Assembly (NCBI GenBank): GCA_905178155.1
Contig: CAJINV010000021.1
Span: 160,360-224,359, forward strand
Source: Amoebophrya sp. A120
Lineage: Eukaryota > Protista > Dinoflagellata
Reading direction: 5' to 3'
Length of the DNA: 64,000 nucleotides
In this document: piece by piece, positions 61,164 through 64,000 of the stretch
Position numbering within the stretch: position 1 is the first letter of the stretch
Layout: every line of letters starts with the position of its first letter
The notes under the pieces: generated by a model
Database searches by the model: none
What the model was told of the DNA's origin: nothing
What the model saw: the letters and a program-made list of their open reading frames with translations, nothing else
Program-made: the position numbers and the translations under genes

Positions 61164-63811
61164 ATGGCGCGCTCTTTCGTATACATCTGTTTTCAAAGCC
61201 GCCTTCGCCTGCTCAATGTCTGGTCGCAGCTGGCGTTGATGTTTGTTAGCTCCTTCCACGGCCTGCTGAGCGAGCATGTCTTTGCCGTGGCCCGGTTCAT
61301 GGCCTTCTCGCGGCCCTCCCGCACGGATTCGCCAGGTCCCAAAGCGCCGCCGCGGAATCTCCTCCGGCAGCCGGACGAGGACGAATTTGACGGTGGTGCT
61401 CAAGTTGCGCAAGAGCACGTGCCGGCGTCCAGCGGCGGACCCAGTTTGACCGCTTCGGGCCGCTTGCGGCGTTCGTCCGGCCAACTTCGCAGCTCTGGCG
61501 GTGTCCCGGCCAGTAGCAGCGCGGCGGCATCTTCGCGTCCCGGGGGTCGCATGTCGCAACTGGGTGCGCCAGATCATGCCCCCGCGGAGCAGTATGGCGA
61601 GCCAGCGCGGACGAGTTTCTTCCACCAGCAGGCAGCCGTCGCAAAGCCCAGCTCCCCGGCCGGCGCTGCAACTTCTTACCTGTTCCAGCAATCACCAGGC
61701 TCGTCTTTTGCTAGTAATTTGTTATCAGCCGCAGGAGGTGGAACAACAGCAGGAGCTCCGTTCTACGCACCGCCATACACGGGCGCAACGTCAGGCAGCA
61801 CAACATCGCAACACCGCCCGGTGCCGCGGTTGCATTACCAGAAAACTTTGGAGCAACAGCAGCGCGAGGCTTTTCTGGCCGCCAGAGACCCCGCGAGCGG
61901 GTTTTTGGATGAAGAGACCATCGAGGGCGACTTCAGCGACGCGGACAGCAATAACAGCGAGGCTTCCACCTCCAACTTCGTCCGAAAATGTTGCAACACG
62001 GCCTTCGGAAAGGCGTTCTTCGGCACGTCCTTACTGCTCGCCAGCACCGGGGGAGCACTCATCGGCGGGTGGAACTGGGGGCGCCAGCAAGCACTCGGGC
62101 AGTGCGCGGCGGCCCAGGCGCAACGAGCGGTGTTGCAGGACGGGTGGGTGTATCAAATGTAAAAATGTCTGGGTCTGGAAGAATGCAACTTGTCATGCTA
62201 AATCTGAAGCATGCAAAAATCTGTGTTGCGTGATTACCAAAAGTCGTCCAGTTTTGACCAAGTCGGGAAGCAGTTTCTCATGCAGGATAGGCATGGGAAA
62301 GATCGCGCATAATCTGTCATGCTAGGTCCTGCATTCCAGACCTCACGGGTCATGGAAAAGCTGCATGACAAGTCGCGCACTCTTCCAGACCCAGACATTT
62401 TTACATTTGATAGGGTGTTGCCGGCCATGGGCGGCGGGGGTTCATCGATCGACTTATCCTGTGCAAAAGTATCGTACTCGTAGTAATCGCAGTCATGCAA
62501 GACAAATTTCATTTTCAAGCTAAATCAGCATGACAAATTCCGTATGTCATGCTGAGGCAATTTGTGTTGCAATACTACGAATGCGATACTTTTGCAGTTC
62601 ATACGACTTCGCCGGTGGCAATTCGCCATTCACCGCAAAAGCAGGGCCGCCTGGTACTGATTTTTGATATACCTTTGTTACTGTTTCGATTTTTTTACTC
62701 CTGTTGCGCAGGGGCGTGCTGTTGTCCATCGTCTACCTACTTTCTCTCAACAATCCTCGGCTACTTGTTTGAACAAGAGTTCTGTCGCCAAAGCACCCTG
62801 TTCGGCAAAACGCAACAAAAACATGATCGCAAACCCCAACCCGCTTTGGCTTTGATCATTACAACTCCACGACGACCTGCAGACCGCACGCTGGGGCAAC
62901 AGCTTGCGGCAGATCAGGATGTTGGTGTTGCGCCAGCAGGGAGGTCGTCTTCATCTGAGGACTCTCCTTGGGTTCATCACGCGGTACGACAAAAAGCCGA
63001 TTCTGACCAGCTGCACGAGCCTGGTGAGGATGTTCATCTTGATGCGGATAATCCCCCAGCACCCCCCTCCCCCCCGCCCCCCGACCCCGACGTTCAGCAC
63101 GACCTTCGAGACTGGGTTACCGTGGAAAGAACCGGGCGGAGCATCGGTTTCATCCTGCACGGCCTGGGACAACTGGCGCAGGATTACGACGACGAAGTGG
63201 CCTTTTTCACCCAGCATTTGGGCCCGAAGGGGTGGACGTTTTATTCCATTGAATACGTGTTCACCAAAAACAAATCCGAGAAGAAGGAACGGCGCGAGAC
63301 CTTCCGCGGCATGTCGCTGGAGGAACAGGCGAAAACTGCTTGCGTGCAGATTGTAGAAAAATTGTTGCAGGAGCAACCCGATGTTGCACTCTACGACAAC
63401 ATTGCCATCATTGGCCACAGCAACGGCGGGATCGTGGCGCGCGCGGTGTTGCAAAACTGCGACCTCGGCTACAACGAGCAAAAGTTCACGCACTTCGTGT
63501 CCGTGTCCGGGCCGCTGCGGGGCGTGGCGTTTCTGCCTCATCAACTACTGCCGCACGCCAAAATCTTGCCGGAGTGGGTGGAAGACCACGTCGACGGGCT
63601 GTTGGACCACATTGCGTTACCTTTGAATCACTACCCGCTGAACAAGTTTCTAGGCCCTGCGGGGTACTACTACAACCCCGCGGAGGTCGAGAAATTTCAC
63701 AAAGCAGATACCTTCCGCTCCATTCTGGACAACACGGCGGCGTGTATAACTCCTATTGCTGAGCGGTGTGAGTTAAAATTTTGCAACAGGGAGGAAAATC
63801 GCCCACGCTGA
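61164..63811 (+). CDS. Membrane-anchored alpha/beta-hydrolase, palmitoyl-protein thioesterase (PPT1)-like, probably 3'-partial; join(61164 or 61299..62150,62418..62454,62609..62653,62883..>63740)
   Basis: FILHGLG oxyanion motif, IIGHSNGG nucleophile elbow, FVSVSGPLRGV and PAGYYYNP. Two introners and a GT-AG intron (62654-62882) join in frame. Confidence 0.75.
62151..62412. mobile_element. Introner family A (262 nt), TSD GGGTG
   Basis: Perfect TIR and TSD. Confidence 0.94.
62455..62603. mobile_element. Introner family B, opposite orientation (149 nt), TSD CGACT
   Basis: Starts tatcctgtgcaaaagtatcgtactcg, which matches the reverse complement of the right ends at 10816 and 34203. Confidence 0.9.
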
Positions 63812-63869
63812 AAAGTTTTTCACACTTTTCAAACTTTCTAAAGCTGTCGAGATTTGCGAAATCGCTCAC

Positions 63870-64000
63870 CGCCCAACGGCCAACGGCAACCGGCCAAATC
63901 GCAAACGGCCAACGGCCAAATCGCAAACGGCCAGCGGCCAAATCGCAAACGGCCAACGGCCAAAGCGCAAACGGCCAGCGGCCAAATCGCAAACGGCCAA
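63870..64000. repeat. 22-nt minisatellite (ccaaatcgcaaacggccaacgg)n running off the window
   Basis: About 5 near-identical units are visible. Confidence 0.9.

Noticed and set aside
11138-62412. Recurrent small ORFs with NVKMSGSGR / KCKNVWVWK / FQTQTFLHLI peptides
   Set aside because: These are translations of the family A TIR, not a protein family.
11138-62412. CRISPR-like interpretation of the ~31-nt repeats
   Set aside because: The repeats are inverted pairs around homologous interiors in a eukaryotic gene context, with no array structure or cas genes.

Overview
This is eukaryotic DNA. Gene content, co-oriented genes and intron style point to a dinoflagellate-like alveolate, most likely the syndinian parasite Amoebophrya (inference). 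About 14 protein genes lie on the + strand. Recognisable ones are a Cid1/TUTase-type nucleotidyltransferase, TVP23, mitochondrial uL6, a glycosyltransferase-like protein, an NRPS-like A-PCP-ankyrin protein, a choline-transporter-like protein and a PPT1-like hydrolase; there is also a 3331-aa low-complexity ORF. The dominant signal is about 29 non-canonical, transposon-like introns (introners), all inside coding sequence. Nearly all begin 5'-TAT and end ATA-3', have terminal inverted repeats (TIRs) and are flanked by a 5-nt target-site duplication (TSD). Removing the element plus one TSD copy restores the reading frame, usually without GT-AG ends and in either element orientation. Families with unrelated interiors share an end signature and an internal GCATNACA motif. 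The elements cluster in pairs 28-106 nt apart, and one carries a nested retroposon-like insert. Canonical GT-AG introns occur in the same genes. No transposase was recognised. All junctions were worked out by hand and need RNA-seq confirmation.
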